Shown one piece after another: positions 24,868-25,526 of a stretch of DNA of 25,526 nucleotides (position 1 is the stretch's first letter; each line of letters starts with the position of its first letter). The translations under genes were made by a program, and so were the position numbers. The DNA is from a virus (Duplodnaviria; Heunggongvirae; Uroviricota; Caudoviricetes): the IMG/VR virus record IMGVR_UViG_2571042636_000011; one strand, given 5' to 3'. The notes below the pieces were generated by a model. The model saw only the letters and a program-made list of their open reading frames with translations. It was not told the origin of the DNA and ran no database searches.

Positions 24868-25526
24868 GCACAAAATTTTATACCCTGCTGACGGATATTG
24901 GCGCGGCGAAACTTGCCAGCGCCGCCGCGCTCGGTGTGCCTTTAAAAATTACCCATATGGCGGTCGGCGATGGCGGCGGAACATTGCCAACGCCGGACGC
25001 AAAGCAGACTGGGCTGGTGAATGAGAAACGCCGGGCTGCGCTGAATATGCTGTACATCGACCCGCAGAACAGCAGCCAGATTATTGCTGAACAGGTGATC
25101 CCAGAAAACGAGGGTGGTTGGTGGATACGTGAAGTGGGCCTGTTTGATGAGTCCGGAGCATTGATTGCCGTGGGCAACTGCCCGGAAAGCTATAAGCCGC
25201 AACTGGCTGAAGGCAGCGGGCGTACCCAGACCGTGCGTATGGTGTTGATTACCAGCAGCACGGACAATATCACCCTGAAAATCGACCCTGCTGTAGTACT
25301 GGCAACCCGCAAGTATGTGGATGACAAAATATCAGAGCACGAACAGTCACGACGTCACCCGGACGCCTCGCTGACCGCAAAAGGTTTTACTCAGTTAAGC
25401 AGTGCGACCAACAGTGAATCCGAAATACTGGCCGCAACACCGAAGGCTGTGAAGGCTGCATATGATCTTGCAGCAGGTAAGGCACCTGTCAGTCACACGC
25501 ACCCGTGGAGCCAGATAACGGATGTG
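24864..25526 (+). CDS. H: Tail fibre protein H, N-terminal part (truncated by window end)
   Basis: Open frame from ATG 24864 to the window end (221 codons): MSTKFYTLLTDIGAAKLASAAALGVPLKITHMAVGDGGG...AESYKPQLAEGSGRTQTVRMV...EHEQSRRHPDASLTAKGFTQLSSATNS...ATPKAVKAAYDLA matches the P2 gpH N-terminus as I remember it. Not in the ORF track because no stop is reached. Confidence 0.85.
   Translation, partial: MSTKFYTLLTDIGAAKLASAAALGVPLKITHMAVGDGGGTLPTPDAKQTGLVNEKRRAALNMLYIDPQNSSQIIAEQVIPENEGGWWIREVGLFDESGALIAVGNCPESYKPQLAEGSGRTQTVRMVLITSSTDNITLKIDPAVVLATRKYVDDKISEHEQSRRHPDASLTAKGFTQLSSATNSESEILAATPKAVKAAYDLAAGKAPVSHTHPWSQITDV

Noticed and set aside
1-25526. CRISPR arrays, tRNA/rRNA genes, IS elements or transposases
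   Set aside because: No regularly spaced direct-repeat array, no cloverleaf-like tRNA candidate that I could identify, and no transposase-like ORF. Mobility of the cargo appears to be via the prophage itself.

Overview
This window is about 25.5 kb of a phage 186/P2-family (Peduovirus-like) prophage from an enterobacterium, starting at the 3' end of the integrase gene (the attachment site lies just outside the left edge). Order of modules: integrase and a 186-type immunity switch (cI, apl, cII); a tightly packed early operon ending in a TraR-like zinc finger, a Dam methyltransferase and the rolling-circle replication initiator A; a LexA-controlled tum/dinI-like SOS module; then an AT-rich cargo island; then packaging, head, lysis and tail genes (Q, P, O, N, M, L, X, holin, K, lysA, lysB, lysC, R, S, V, W, J, I, partial H). 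The cargo island (about 8.2-13.6 kb) is the main point of interest: a two-gene SIR2-like/HerA-like ATPase operon on the minus strand, and on the plus strand a retron (msr-msd ncRNA flanked by 13-bp inverted repeats) with a 585-aa reverse transcriptase fused to a TOPRIM-like domain. A possible cos site lies between the two cargo blocks. Smaller points of interest are a secreted cysteine-rich peptide gene between cI and int, and an orphan Dam methylase coupled to the replication gene. All calls are from reading the sequence and ORF translations; no database search was run.
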